Origin: Dehalococcoidia bacterium
GTDB lineage: Bacteria; Chloroflexota; Dehalococcoidia; Lucifugimonadales; UBA6952
Length of the DNA stretch: 64,000 nucleotides
NCBI GenBank assembly: GCA_022450525.1
Contig: JAKUQA010000005.1
Coordinates: 4,475-68,474, forward strand
Direction: 5' to 3'
In this document: positions 1 to 9,674 of the stretch, one piece after another
Numbering within the stretch: position 1 is the first letter of the stretch
How the letters are laid out: the number at the start of each line of letters is the position of its first letter
Program-made: the position numbers and the translations under genes
Notes under the pieces: model-generated
What the model was told of the DNA's origin: nothing
The model's database searches: none
The model's input: the letters and a program-made list of their open reading frames with translations, nothing else

Positions 1-504
1 ATAAAAGAAGGTGCTGTAAAATCAGGCCGAGACCCAAACAAAGTTAAACTTGGCACAGTTTTCCATACCGTCTTTTGTGAAGACGAAGATGATGCAATGC
101 TAATGGGTAAATCAATGGCTGCAGGTTATTATGAATATTCTCCTATGCTTGTAGATAATTTAAATATTCCTTGGAATGGACCTCATCCAGATGAACTCAA
201 AGAACAAGGATTAGTTTGGCCAGATTTTCATCATGCAGCCAATTTAATAGAAAGTGGTAAAACTGTAGATTTTATGTCTGAGAATTTAGCAAAAGCTTTT
301 TGCTTAATGGGTGGAGTAAATCAAATAGTTACGCAAATCACTGAAATATTAAAGAAATGTAATAACGTTGGCATAGAGTTTGAATTTGTAGTTCTTCATC
401 CAATACCTAACCCACCTGTACCAGATAATGGACCAAATGCCTATTTAGAAAAAATCCCAAGAGAAGTTATATCGCAGGTTAAAGAAAATCTTGCTACATT
501 ATAG
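1..504 (+). CDS. LLM-class (luciferase-like) flavin-dependent oxidoreductase, C-terminal part; gene starts before the window
   Basis: Frame is open from base 1: IKEGAVKSGRDPNKVKLGTVFH...; ends with the LLM-type C-terminal pattern AFCLMGGVNQIVTQITEILKKC. Confidence 0.7.
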   Translation: MKEGAVKSGRDPNKVKLGTVFHTVFCEDEDDAMLMGKSMAAGYYEYSPMLVDNLNIPWNGPHPDELKEQGLVWPDFHHAANLIESGKTVDFMSENLAKAFCLMGGVNQIVTQITEILKKCNNVGIEFEFVVLHPIPNPPVPDNGPNAYLEKIPREVISQVKENLATL

Positions 505-1276
505 CCGTAGCTACATCAAACCATATTCTTATAGAAATTACTGTCAATAAAATCACAAAACCAAAACGCAAATTTTTCAAAGTTAATTTGGAATTTACAA
601 ACGTTCCTAATTTTGCTCCAGGTATCCCCCCTGCCACAGCAAATAATGAAAGGATAAATGGTACCTGAAGCGTAATAATTTTACCTATCAATCCTGCAAA
701 AACTGCAAAAAATGTCATAGCAAGAGAACTAGCTATTGCGTTTCGTAATGGAATTTTCATTAGTCTATTCAAAATAGGTACAGTTAAAAATCCGCCACCA
801 ACACCAACCATACCGGCCATTAATCCCTCAGGGAAAAATATTGCTAAAATCTTATAGTTCTTAGATTGATTATCTCTTTCTTCTATACCTTCTCCGGAAT
901 TCGATAGCATTAATATAACTGCCGTTGTAGACATTGAAGCAAAAATAAATAATAGCAGTGTATCAGGCGACCATTTGGAAAGAATACCACCAATTAAACC
1001 CCCTACAGCTACTAACACACCTCCCCAAATGACAATAGTTCTATCAATTAAACCACTCTTTTTATAAACTAATGCTCCTGTGAAACTAGATACAAGACCT
1101 TGAACCAGAGATATAGCCATGACTTGCTTGATATCTATTGGTGGCATACCAAGGATTTGTGGACCATACAAAAGAAATGGAACAGTAACTACAGCTCCAC
1201 TAACACCAAATAGGCCCGACAGCCATCCACCAAGAAAAGTTAATAATAAAACCACTAAATAAAGCAATATATCCAT
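494..1276 (-). CDS. Sulfite exporter TauE/SafE family membrane protein
   Basis: 260 aa, highly hydrophobic, with two repeats of GLFGVSGAVVTVP / GMVGVGGGFLTVP. Confidence 0.85.
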   Translation of the reverse strand: MDILLYLVVLLLTFLGGWLSGLFGVSGAVVTVPFLLYGPQILGMPPIDIKQVMAISLVQGLVSSFTGALVYKKSGLIDRTIVIWGGVLVAVGGLIGGILSKWSPDTLLLFIFASMSTTAVILMLSNSGEGIEERDNQSKNYKILAIFFPEGLMAGMVGVGGGFLTVPILNRLMKIPLRNAIASSLAMTFFAVFAGLIGKIITLQVPFILSLFAVAGGIPGAKLGTFVNSKLTLKNLRFGFVILLTVISIRIWFDVATAIM

Positions 1277-1351
1277 ATCGTGGTAATAATACCATGAATT
1301 ACTTTAAAATTTAGTCGAAAGAAATTGATTTAATCAGATAGTATTTCAAAT

Positions 1352-2092
1352 ATGTTATTAGAAACCAACGTCATTATTATTCTAATTTTAGTTATTTTAT
1401 TTGCATCAACTGTGAAAACCACTGTTGGGTTTGGATTTGCATTAGTCTCAACACCATTATTGCTTCCGATATTAGATTTAACAATTATTGTTCCAATAAT
1501 CATGCCTTTAGTTTTAATCAATGACTACATTATCGCCATTGAAAATAAACAATATTTGAAACCAGACAAAATTCTCCCTATTGCTGGTTCAGCAATTTTA
1601 GGTATACCACTAGGAATTATTATACTTTCTAATTTAGATATGTATGTCCTAAAAATTATAATATCTATAATAATTTTAATAGCTGCTTTATTTCTTTTTA
1701 CAGGAAAAACAATAACCATTAAAAGGGAGAGATTAACCTCTATGTTTGCTGGATTTTTTAGCGGGATATTGGTGAGTACCTCAGGCTTATCTGGACCACC
1801 AATTACTATTTTTCTCATAAACCAAAAGTGGGGGAAATTAGATTTTAGAAATAATTTAGCACTTTATTTTTCCATCATTGATACAGTAACTGTAATATCA
1901 CTTTTTATAAGTGGTTTTATAACTCGTGATACGTTATTTGCAAATTTATTCCTTATACCATCAGTGTTAATTGGATACTTTATTGGGAAAAATATTCTGC
2001 CAATAATTAATCAACAACTTTTTAGGCAAATCATCATTGTAATAATAATGACTGGGGCATCTCTAACTTTATTAACAACATTAAGAGGATAA
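1352..2092 (+). CDS. Sulfite exporter TauE/SafE family membrane protein
   Basis: 246 aa, hydrophobic; motifs TTVGFGFALVSTP and STSGLSGPP. Confidence 0.85.
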   Translation: MLLETNVIIILILVILFASTVKTTVGFGFALVSTPLLLPILDLTIIVPIIMPLVLINDYIIAIENKQYLKPDKILPIAGSAILGIPLGIIILSNLDMYVLKIIISIIILIAALFLFTGKTITIKRERLTSMFAGFFSGILVSTSGLSGPPITIFLINQKWGKLDFRNNLALYFSIIDTVTVISLFISGFITRDTLFANLFLIPSVLIGYFIGKNILPIINQQLFRQIIIVIIMTGASLTLLTTLRG

Positions 2093-3736
2093 TTCTTCTA
2101 AAACGTTGTCCACCACAGAATTATCAACATTTGAATTCACTTCGGCATGCCCTATCTCAGATAGTAGTACCCAATTTATTGATGAACCTACTGCTTTTTT
2201 ATCGAGTGACATAGCTGATTTTATTGATTCAATATTAATATTATTAAAAGATATAGGTAAATCAAACTTTTTCAAAATAGATATTTGGCGCTCTAATATA
2301 GAACTATCTGTGATACCCATTCTGTTCCCTATCATCGCAGCACCCATCATTCCTATTGATACTGCCTCTCCATGTAATAATTGATGATATCCAGTCGCAG
2401 CTTCAAGACCATGACCAATTGTATGTCCATAATTTAGTAAAGTTCTAATACCTCTCGTTTCTTTTTCATCTTGAGAAACAACTTCTGCCTTTATTTGAAT
2501 ACTTCGTTTAACAACATCTGTTGTAAGATTAGGTTCCAAATCTAATAATTCTTGATATCTATTTTCAAAAACCTCAAATAATTGCTTATCTAAAATCAAT
2601 CCATGTTTAATAGCCTCAGCCCAACCTTCCATAGTTTCACGGTGTGGTAAAGATTTAAGGGTAGAAACGTCAGCAATTACCACTTTTGGTTGATAAAAAG
2701 CACCAACAAGATTTTTACCTTCAGGTAAATCAACCGCAGTTTTTCCCCCAACTGAAGCGTCGACCATAGCTGCTAAGCTAGTTGGAATTTGTATAAATCC
2801 TAGGCCACGATTATATGTTGCTGCTACAAAACCAGCCATGTCCCCAACAACTCCACCTCCTAAAGCAACAATGGTATCGCGTCTTTGCGCTTTTGATTCT
2901 GCTAGCCAACTATACACATTAGATATTGAATCAAACGTTTTATTATGTTCCCCTGGCTCCAACTCATGAGAAAAAACTTTTTTACCTGTAGAAGCTATAA
3001 ATTTTTCTACTTCTTCTCCATATAAGCTATATACATTTCTATCAGAGATTAGAAATAAATTACCTTGAATATTTAATTGTGAAAAGATTTTTGGAATATC
3101 GGCATATATATCCCAACCAGAATATATAGGGCAAACTCCATTGCTATAAGTTACCATCCCAGCTAAATCAGCTTTCATATCTTTCTGAATAAACTTTGAA
3201 GCATCTAAATTAACAAAAGTATTGTATATTTTTGATACCTCTTCAGCAGATTGATAAGGTGTTAAATTGTCAGTATGGATAGTCCAATCAGATTTAGCAT
3301 AATATTGTTGTCTTTTGTTTTTTATATTCATGATGGAATCTATACTTAAATTATCTTTAAGCACTGGTCGTATTTCATCTTTTGCATTTTCACTAGTAAG
3401 TCTATTGAATATTGTTTGTGGGGTTGCTTCCAAACAAACAATGAAACCATTAGATTTCATTAATTCATAATTATCATTGTTAGTTATAACTCCACCACCT
3501 GTGGCTATAACGAATTGTGATAAAGAACCATAGTATTCTAATAATTCACTTTCCTTCATTCGAAATACTTCTTCAGAATCTTCTGAAAATATCTTATCAA
3601 TAGATTTATTGAAATATTTTACTATTTCTGTATCAAGATCTATAAATTTGTATGACAGTATATTGGAAACAATCGGCCCAATTTCCGATTTACCAGTACC
3701 TGAAAAACCAACTAAAAATATATTATTCATATACAA
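2081..3736 (-). CDS. aroKB: Bifunctional shikimate kinase / 3-dehydroquinate synthase (AroK-AroB fusion)
   Basis: N-terminal P-loop GFSGTGKS, DLDTEI and ATGGG; C-terminal ALGGGVVGDMAGFVAATYNRG, DASVGGKT, LNYGHTIGH and HGEAV. Confidence 0.95.
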   Translation of the reverse strand: MYMNNIFLVGFSGTGKSEIGPIVSNILSYKFIDLDTEIVKYFNKSIDKIFSEDSEEVFRMKESELLEYYGSLSQFVIATGGGVITNNDNYELMKSNGFIVCLEATPQTIFNRLTSENAKDEIRPVLKDNLSIDSIMNIKNKRQQYYAKSDWTIHTDNLTPYQSAEEVSKIYNTFVNLDASKFIQKDMKADLAGMVTYSNGVCPIYSGWDIYADIPKIFSQLNIQGNLFLISDRNVYSLYGEEVEKFIASTGKKVFSHELEPGEHNKTFDSISNVYSWLAESKAQRRDTIVALGGGVVGDMAGFVAATYNRGLGFIQIPTSLAAMVDASVGGKTAVDLPEGKNLVGAFYQPKVVIADVSTLKSLPHRETMEGWAEAIKHGLILDKQLFEVFENRYQELLDLEPNLTTDVVKRSIQIKAEVVSQDEKETRGIRTLLNYGHTIGHGLEAATGYHQLLHGEAVSIGMMGAAMIGNRMGITDSSILERQISILKKFDLPISFNNINIESIKSAMSLDKKAVGSSINWVLLSEIGHAEVNSNVDNSVVDNVLEELSS

Positions 3737-3747
3737 ATATAAACCTT

Positions 3748-4071
3748 TTACTCTTTATGCCATGGTAATTTAGCATTAGGATCACTCCATAATTTAGCTA
3801 AACGTAAAGAAATAAATACTCCTCCTGCAATAGCGATAATAATATGTAAATTAGTAAAATTATCAATTAAGGAATTAAATACTAGGTATAAAATAAATGC
3901 TAGCAACCAATTAAATAATCCCCACAATACATTTACTATAGGTGAAGAAAGTTTACTAAAAACTGTCATGTGAGATTGGCCAGTCACTCCTTTGGTATAA
4001 TGAGGAATACCATTAGCAATACAAGCTCCGATCATAAAAGCTAAGACAAAACCAACTATTTCTAAAATCAA
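3748..4071 (-). CDS. Conserved hypothetical small membrane protein
   Basis: 107 aa with about 3 hydrophobic segments; motifs ANGIPH and SSPIVNVLWG; co-oriented with both neighbours. Confidence 0.6.
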   Translation of the reverse strand: MILEIVGFVLAFMIGACIANGIPHYTKGVTGQSHMTVFSKLSSPIVNVLWGLFNWLLAFILYLVFNSLIDNFTNLHIIIAIAGGVFISLRLAKLWSDPNAKLPWHKE

Positions 4072-4091
4072 TTTATTACCCCTTAAATCAA

Positions 4092-5105
4092 TTATTTATG
4101 AAGATAGGAAAGTAAATCACCAACATCATTATAATCTTTCACATCAGAAGGAAGACCTATTGAAATCCTAGAAGCATATCCTCCAAAACGTTCTTTTAAA
4201 GATGGACCTATTTCTTTATATGTACCAGAAACACTAAAGGTATCTACCATAGTATCATCAATTAAATTGGGCATTTCATCCCATTTTCCTTCTTTAGACA
4301 TTTCATGTAATCTTAAACACGTATCTCCCCACTCATGCATATCCATAACGGTTTTATAACTACGGGTAGAGCCATAAAAAGATATTCTTTTTCTACAAAT
4401 TTCTCTTTGCTGAGCAACTTGTTCCTCAGTTGCTCCTGTAGCAATCATTCCTCCACCTGATACTGAAATATCTTCTATATTTCGTCCTGAGGAATTCGCA
4501 CCTTCTTCAATATTTGGTAAAATTATTTCATCAACATATCGTTTATTGTTAAAACTATGTAAAAGTATTCCATCACAAACATTACCAGCGACTCTAGTCA
4601 TTGCTTCACCAACAGCAGCTATATAAATTGGAGGCTGTTCACAATCTAAAGGGCCTGGATTAAATTCTGGAGTCATCAACGTAATCGAATAATGTTTTCC
4701 CTGATAATTTAATTGTGATCCATTTTGCCAACAATCCCAAATTGCACGTATAGATTCAACATACTCCTTAATACGTGGTGCTGGAGCAGACCACTGAACC
4801 CCAAATCGTCGTTCATTATGACCTTTAACCTGAGAACCTAGTCCTAATTCAAATCTTCCATCAGACATTCGTTGTAAGTCCCATGACATATAAGCAGAAA
4901 CCATCGGACTTCGGGCAAAAGCAATGGCTATAGAAGTGCCAACCTTTATTTTTTTTGTATGTTCTAAAGCCAAAGTTGATAACAAAAAGGAATCATGTGC
5001 TAATTCTCCAAAAGATATACCATCAAAGCCTAACTCTTCAGCTGCTTTAGCAAGCTTAGGAATATCTTTTAAATTATCTCTCGGCAAACCACAGTAAACT
5101 TTCAT
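4092..5105 (-). CDS. LLM-class, probably F420-dependent, oxidoreductase (TIGR03617-like)
   Basis: TSIAIAFARSP, GRFELGLGSQVKGHNERRFG, ISFYGSTRSY. Confidence 0.85.
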   Translation of the reverse strand: MKVYCGLPRDNLKDIPKLAKAAEELGFDGISFGELAHDSFLLSTLALEHTKKIKVGTSIAIAFARSPMVSAYMSWDLQRMSDGRFELGLGSQVKGHNERRFGVQWSAPAPRIKEYVESIRAIWDCWQNGSQLNYQGKHYSITLMTPEFNPGPLDCEQPPIYIAAVGEAMTRVAGNVCDGILLHSFNNKRYVDEIILPNIEEGANSSGRNIEDISVSGGGMIATGATEEQVAQQREICRKRISFYGSTRSYKTVMDMHEWGDTCLRLHEMSKEGKWDEMPNLIDDTMVDTFSVSGTYKEIGPSLKERFGGYASRISIGLPSDVKDYNDVGDLLSYLHK

Positions 5106-5115
5106 ATTTATCTCC

Positions 5116-5580
5116 TTAATTTATAATTTTAACCATTGTAACATGTGGAATCCCCACCTCTAAAAATACATCACCCTGTACGTGATATCCATGATCTGAA
5201 TAAAATTGTTTAACATATTCTTGAGCATCCAAAGTAATTCGTGTTATACCTTCATTCAATGCTATTTCTTCTAAATAAGTTAAAATTAATCCTCCTATAC
5301 CAAATCTTCTATAATCTTTTCGAACAGCCATTCTTCCAATTCTTCCATTATTATTACCTTCTGGAATAAGCCTGCCAGTTCCAACAGGATAAGTATTAAT
5401 ACGAGCTATAGCATGAAAAGAAGTTTCATCTAATTCATCGAGTTCTTCTTCGCTAGGAACACCTTGTTCTTCAACAAAAACTTCAATTCGAATCGAAAAA
5501 CAATCTTGTTGATCTTTTTCTGTAATAGCCCGCATTACTTTTGTGTTATTTTCCATTAGCACATTATATTCTACTGTCAT
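5116..5580 (-). CDS. GNAT family N-acetyltransferase (ElaA/YjcF-like); start uncertain (5580 or 5556)
   Basis: IRIEVFVEEQGVP, GRIGRMAVRKDYRRFGIG, FLEVGIPHVTM. Confidence 0.85.
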   Translation of the reverse strand: MTVEYNVLMENNTKVMRAITEKDQQDCFSIRIEVFVEEQGVPSEEELDELDETSFHAIARINTYPVGTGRLIPEGNNNGRIGRMAVRKDYRRFGIGGLILTYLEEIALNEGITRITLDAQEYVKQFYSDHGYHVQGDVFLEVGIPHVTMVKIIN

Positions 5581-5678
5581 AAAGATTAAATACCTAGAAA
5601 GAGAATGCTTGTCAAAAAACCATTTACAGGAGTAATCTTTTATAAATAATCTTAACAATATTGAACCGAAAGGCCATA

Positions 5679-8312
5679 ATGCTTAGTTCAGAAATAAGAA
5701 GAAAATACTTAGATTTTTTTGAAAATCAAAAACATCAAATAATGCCAAGTTCTTCATTAATTCCTGCTGAAGATCCAACATTATTATTAACTACTGCTGG
5801 TATGGTTCAATTTAAACCATATTTTACTGGAGAAATTTCCACTGATATTACCAGATTCACCAGTTCTCAAAAGTGCTTCAGAGTAACTGACTTAGAAGAA
5901 GTTGGAGACGAAACTCATCTTACATTCTTTGAAATGTTAGGAAACTTTAGTATTGGTGATTATTTTAAAAAAGAAGCGATTATCTGGTCTCTTGATTTTG
6001 TAACAAACTATTTAGGACTAGAAAAAGAAAAGTTATGGGCAACTATTTATACCGATGACGATGAAGCACTTAATTTATGGATAAATGCTGGAATTCCAGC
6101 AGATAGAATTCGGAGATTCGGAGATTCTGATAATTTTTGGGGACCAGCTGGTGCAGAAGGTCCTTGTGGACCCTGTAGTGAATTGCATTATGATTTTGGT
6201 GGACCATGTACAGCAAATAATGATGATAATTGTGGACCAAATTGCTGTGCGAGATTTTTAGAATTATGGAATCTTGTCTTTATGCAATACTTTCAAGATT
6301 TGGAAGGAAATAGAACCCCATTACCTAATCCAAATATCGATACAGGAATGGGTCTTGAGAGAGCAGCAATGATTTTACAAAAAGTAAATTCACTTTATGA
6401 AACAGATTTATTTATTCCAATAATCGAAAAAGTTGAGGTTATATATAAAACAAAATATGGTTCTAATACTGATACTGATTATGCCATTAGAGTAATTGCA
6501 GAACATGTACGATCTGCGACTTTCCTTATAGCTGATGGTGTAGTTCCTAGTAATGAAGGAAGAGGTTATGTATTACGAAGATTAATAAGAAGAGCAATTA
6601 GATTTTCAAAAAAGATTTATCCTGAATCTAATGATTTATGCTTAAACCAAGTCTCAAAAACAGTCATCGAAACAATGGGTCAGCACTATCCTGATCTAAT
6701 TGCAGGAGAAGAATTTATTTATAAAGTACTAGATCAAGAAGAACTACAGTTTTCTAAAATTCTAGATCGAGGATATGACTATCTCATGCAACTGATCGAA
6801 CAAGGTATAAACAACGGTATTATACCTGGAGAAGAAATATTCAAACTACATGACACATATGGATTTCCAATTGAAGTCACCAAAGAAGTTGCTGAAGAAA
6901 ATGGTGTTAATCTTGATACCGATAATTTTGAACAATTAATGGAAGGTCAAAAAACAAAGGCTAGGTCAAGTGCTGATTTTACTGGAGATATTGAAGCAAA
7001 TAAGATATATAGCTCTATAAATTCTGAATCTTCATTTATCGGTTACGAGAAAATTGAGGGTAATTCCAAAATAATCGCAATTATCTCTAATGGTAAACAA
7101 ATTGAGAAACTTGAATCTAAAGAAAATGGAGAAATAATTCTTTCTTCTACACCCTTCTATGCCGAAGCTGGAGGTCAACTCGGCGATAAAGGATATATAC
7201 AAACTAAAACAGGTACATTTGTTGTTGAAGATACACAATCACCAATACCCGGAATAATTTCGCACAAAGGCTACGTTGCTAATGGAACAGTATTTACAAC
7301 TGAAGATAGTTCAGCAAATGTAGATAGTATTTATCGACAAGGAACTTCAAGAAATCACACAGCAACTCACATATTACATAGCAGCCTTAGAGAAATATTA
7401 GGTACACATGTGAGACAGGCAGGATCCAGTGTAGGTAATGATCGCTTAAGATTTGATTTTACTCACATTGGTAGCATGTCATTAGAAGAAATAAAGGCTG
7501 TAGAAAACCTTGCAAATACACAAGTAAGAAATAATCATTCTATTTCAACAAATATAACAACATATAGAGAAGCAGTCACTAACGGAGCTCTAGCTTTTTT
7601 TGGGGATCGTTATGGAAGCGAAGTTAGAATGGTTACAATAGCAACAGGAGAACCATTTAGTGTAGAGGTTTGTGGAGGAACGCATTTAGACAACACCGGA
7701 CAAATCGGTTATATAAAAATAATCAATGAAACTAATATTGGTTCTGGTATGCGAAGAATTGAAGCAATATCTGGAGAAACAGCTTCTGAATACTCTATAA
7801 ATGATCAATTTACACTTGCACGTATAGCTCAGATTCTTGAAACAAATATAACTACAATTGAATCCAGGCTTGATTCCTTATTACAGGAAAATAAAAACCT
7901 TAAATCAAGTTTAAATTCTTATCAACAAACACAATTTGTAAATCAAGCCAAAGAATTATCTTCAAAAATGAAAATTATCGATAATATCGAAATTATTACT
8001 AGTATGGTAAATGCTTTTACCCCACAAGATATAAAAAATATTGCAGATCTACTTAGAGATAATATTAAATCTGGAATTATTAATTTAGGAGCTATAATTG
8101 ATAATAAACCTCATACCTTACTTATAATAACGGATGACTTGGTAGAAAAAGGAGCCATTGCAGTTGCAGCAATTAAAGAATCTTCAAAATTCTTACAAGG
8201 AGGAGGCGGTGGGAAACCCAATATGGCTACTGGAGGAGGCAAAGATATCTCTAAAATAAACGAAGCAATAAATATGAATGAAGAAATAATTATCAAACAA
8301 CTGGGTGACTAA
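5679..8312 (+). CDS. alaS: Alanine--tRNA ligase
   Basis: LLLTTAGMVQFKPYF, TFFEMLGNFS, IDTGMGLER, NHTATH editing motif, EVCGGTH, GGGGG C-terminus; ATG at 5679 follows a GAAAGG RBS. Confidence 0.98.
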   Translation: MLSSEIRRKYLDFFENQKHQIMPSSSLIPAEDPTLLLTTAGMVQFKPYFTGEISTDITRFTSSQKCFRVTDLEEVGDETHLTFFEMLGNFSIGDYFKKEAIIWSLDFVTNYLGLEKEKLWATIYTDDDEALNLWINAGIPADRIRRFGDSDNFWGPAGAEGPCGPCSELHYDFGGPCTANNDDNCGPNCCARFLELWNLVFMQYFQDLEGNRTPLPNPNIDTGMGLERAAMILQKVNSLYETDLFIPIIEKVEVIYKTKYGSNTDTDYAIRVIAEHVRSATFLIADGVVPSNEGRGYVLRRLIRRAIRFSKKIYPESNDLCLNQVSKTVIETMGQHYPDLIAGEEFIYKVLDQEELQFSKILDRGYDYLMQLIEQGINNGIIPGEEIFKLHDTYGFPIEVTKEVAEENGVNLDTDNFEQLMEGQKTKARSSADFTGDIEANKIYSSINSESSFIGYEKIEGNSKIIAIISNGKQIEKLESKENGEIILSSTPFYAEAGGQLGDKGYIQTKTGTFVVEDTQSPIPGIISHKGYVANGTVFTTEDSSANVDSIYRQGTSRNHTATHILHSSLREILGTHVRQAGSSVGNDRLRFDFTHIGSMSLEEIKAVENLANTQVRNNHSISTNITTYREAVTNGALAFFGDRYGSEVRMVTIATGEPFSVEVCGGTHLDNTGQIGYIKIINETNIGSGMRRIEAISGETASEYSINDQFTLARIAQILETNITTIESRLDSLLQENKNLKSSLNSYQQTQFVNQAKELSSKMKIIDNIEIITSMVNAFTPQDIKNIADLLRDNIKSGIINLGAIIDNKPHTLLIITDDLVEKGAIAVAAIKESSKFLQGGGGGKPNMATGGGKDISKINEAINMNEEIIIKQLGD

Positions 8313-8740
8313 TGGATCGTATACTAGGTCTCGATTTTGGAAATAAACGCATTGGAATATCGATTTCTGATCCATCAAATATTTTTGCATTACCACATGC
8401 AATTTATTTCAGAGAAAATATTCAAAAAGATATTGATCATATAAACTCAATATCTGAATCTAATTCAATATCTAAAATTATTCTAGGGCTTCCATTATCT
8501 TTAAGTGGCAATCAAAATCAACAAACTGAATCTACTTTAAAATTTAAAGACGCTTTACAAAGTCAAACAAAAATTATAATTGAAACTTGGGATGAACGTT
8601 TTACCTCCATTCAAGCCCAACGCACCTTTGAAAAACCAAAATCGAAAAAAAAATCAAAACAACAAAAACAATTTATTGATGACGTAGCAGCAACAATAAT
8701 GTTGCAATCTTACTTGGATAGACAAAATAACAAAATATAA
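8312..8740 (+). CDS. ruvX: Holliday junction resolvase-like protein RuvX/YqgF
   Basis: ILGLDFGNKRIGISISD, WDERFTS, DDVAATIMLQSYL; follows alaS as is typical. Confidence 0.95.
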   Translation: MDRILGLDFGNKRIGISISDPSNIFALPHAIYFRENIQKDIDHINSISESNSISKIILGLPLSLSGNQNQQTESTLKFKDALQSQTKIIIETWDERFTSIQAQRTFEKPKSKKKSKQQKQFIDDVAATIMLQSYLDRQNNKI

Positions 8741-8753
8741 AGAAGCATGTAAA

Positions 8754-9590
8754 ATGAAACTACAAGTTGGGATTATAGGTAATTCTATCAAACACTCTCT
8801 TTCACCTATAATTCAAAATTTAGCACTAAAAACCCATAATATTAATGCAAACTATGAAATTTGGGATACACCAATACCTGAATTAAAAAACCGAATAGAT
8901 CTATTAAAGCAAGATAACGTACTCGGTGCAAATGTAACAATACCATATAAAGAGCAAGTTATTCCCTGGTTAGACAGTTTCTCAGATGAAGTAAAAACAA
9001 TTGGGGCAGTAAATACAATCATAAATCGTAAGGGCCAACTACATGGAGAAAATACAGATTCAAGGGGTTTTATTAAAGATTTAACCGACAGGCATAATAT
9101 CTCTATTACTAATAAAAATATACTTGTATTGGGTGCAGGAGGATCTTCTAAAGCTATAATTTATGGTCTCCTAAAAAACAACTGCCAATCAATTACAATT
9201 ATTAATCGAACACAAGAAAAAGCAGAAGATATTGTTAATAAATTTTCGCACCTCGGCAATATTAAAACCCTATCTTCAAAATTTGATCAACCTAAAGATT
9301 TATCAAATTTTGATATTATTATTAACTGTACTTCATTCGGTATGAAACACAGTGAACTTGAAGGGCAATTACCTATACCACAGAATCTTGTAAAACAATG
9401 TCGGATTTTTTACGATCTTGTTTATAATCCTCCTATAACCCCAATTCTTCTAGAGATACAAAAGTATGGTGGCATCGGAATTAATGGAATAGGTATGCTA
9501 ATTGAACAAGCAGGATTATCATTTAAATTATGGACAGGACTAGAACCACCTATTGATTCGATGTATTCAGTATTAAGTAAAAAAACCTAG
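8754..9590 (+). CDS. aroE: Shikimate dehydrogenase
   Basis: HSLSP, GANVTIPYK, GAVNTI, NTD, LGAGGS, DLVYNP. Confidence 0.95.
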   Translation: MKLQVGIIGNSIKHSLSPIIQNLALKTHNINANYEIWDTPIPELKNRIDLLKQDNVLGANVTIPYKEQVIPWLDSFSDEVKTIGAVNTIINRKGQLHGENTDSRGFIKDLTDRHNISITNKNILVLGAGGSSKAIIYGLLKNNCQSITIINRTQEKAEDIVNKFSHLGNIKTLSSKFDQPKDLSNFDIIINCTSFGMKHSELEGQLPIPQNLVKQCRIFYDLVYNPPITPILLEIQKYGGIGINGIGMLIEQAGLSFKLWTGLEPPIDSMYSVLSKKT

Positions 9591-9674
9591 TTTATATTTA
9601 TACATTCGGTTAAGAAACAGTATCACTTGTTAAACTTTTGCCAAATACGAATTCTAGCTATCATAGAATTAAAC

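Noticed and set aside
9650-9670. AATTCTA-GCTATCA-TAGAATT hairpin between aroE and recG
   Set aside because: Weak AT-rich stem without a clear U tract; cannot be supported as a terminator
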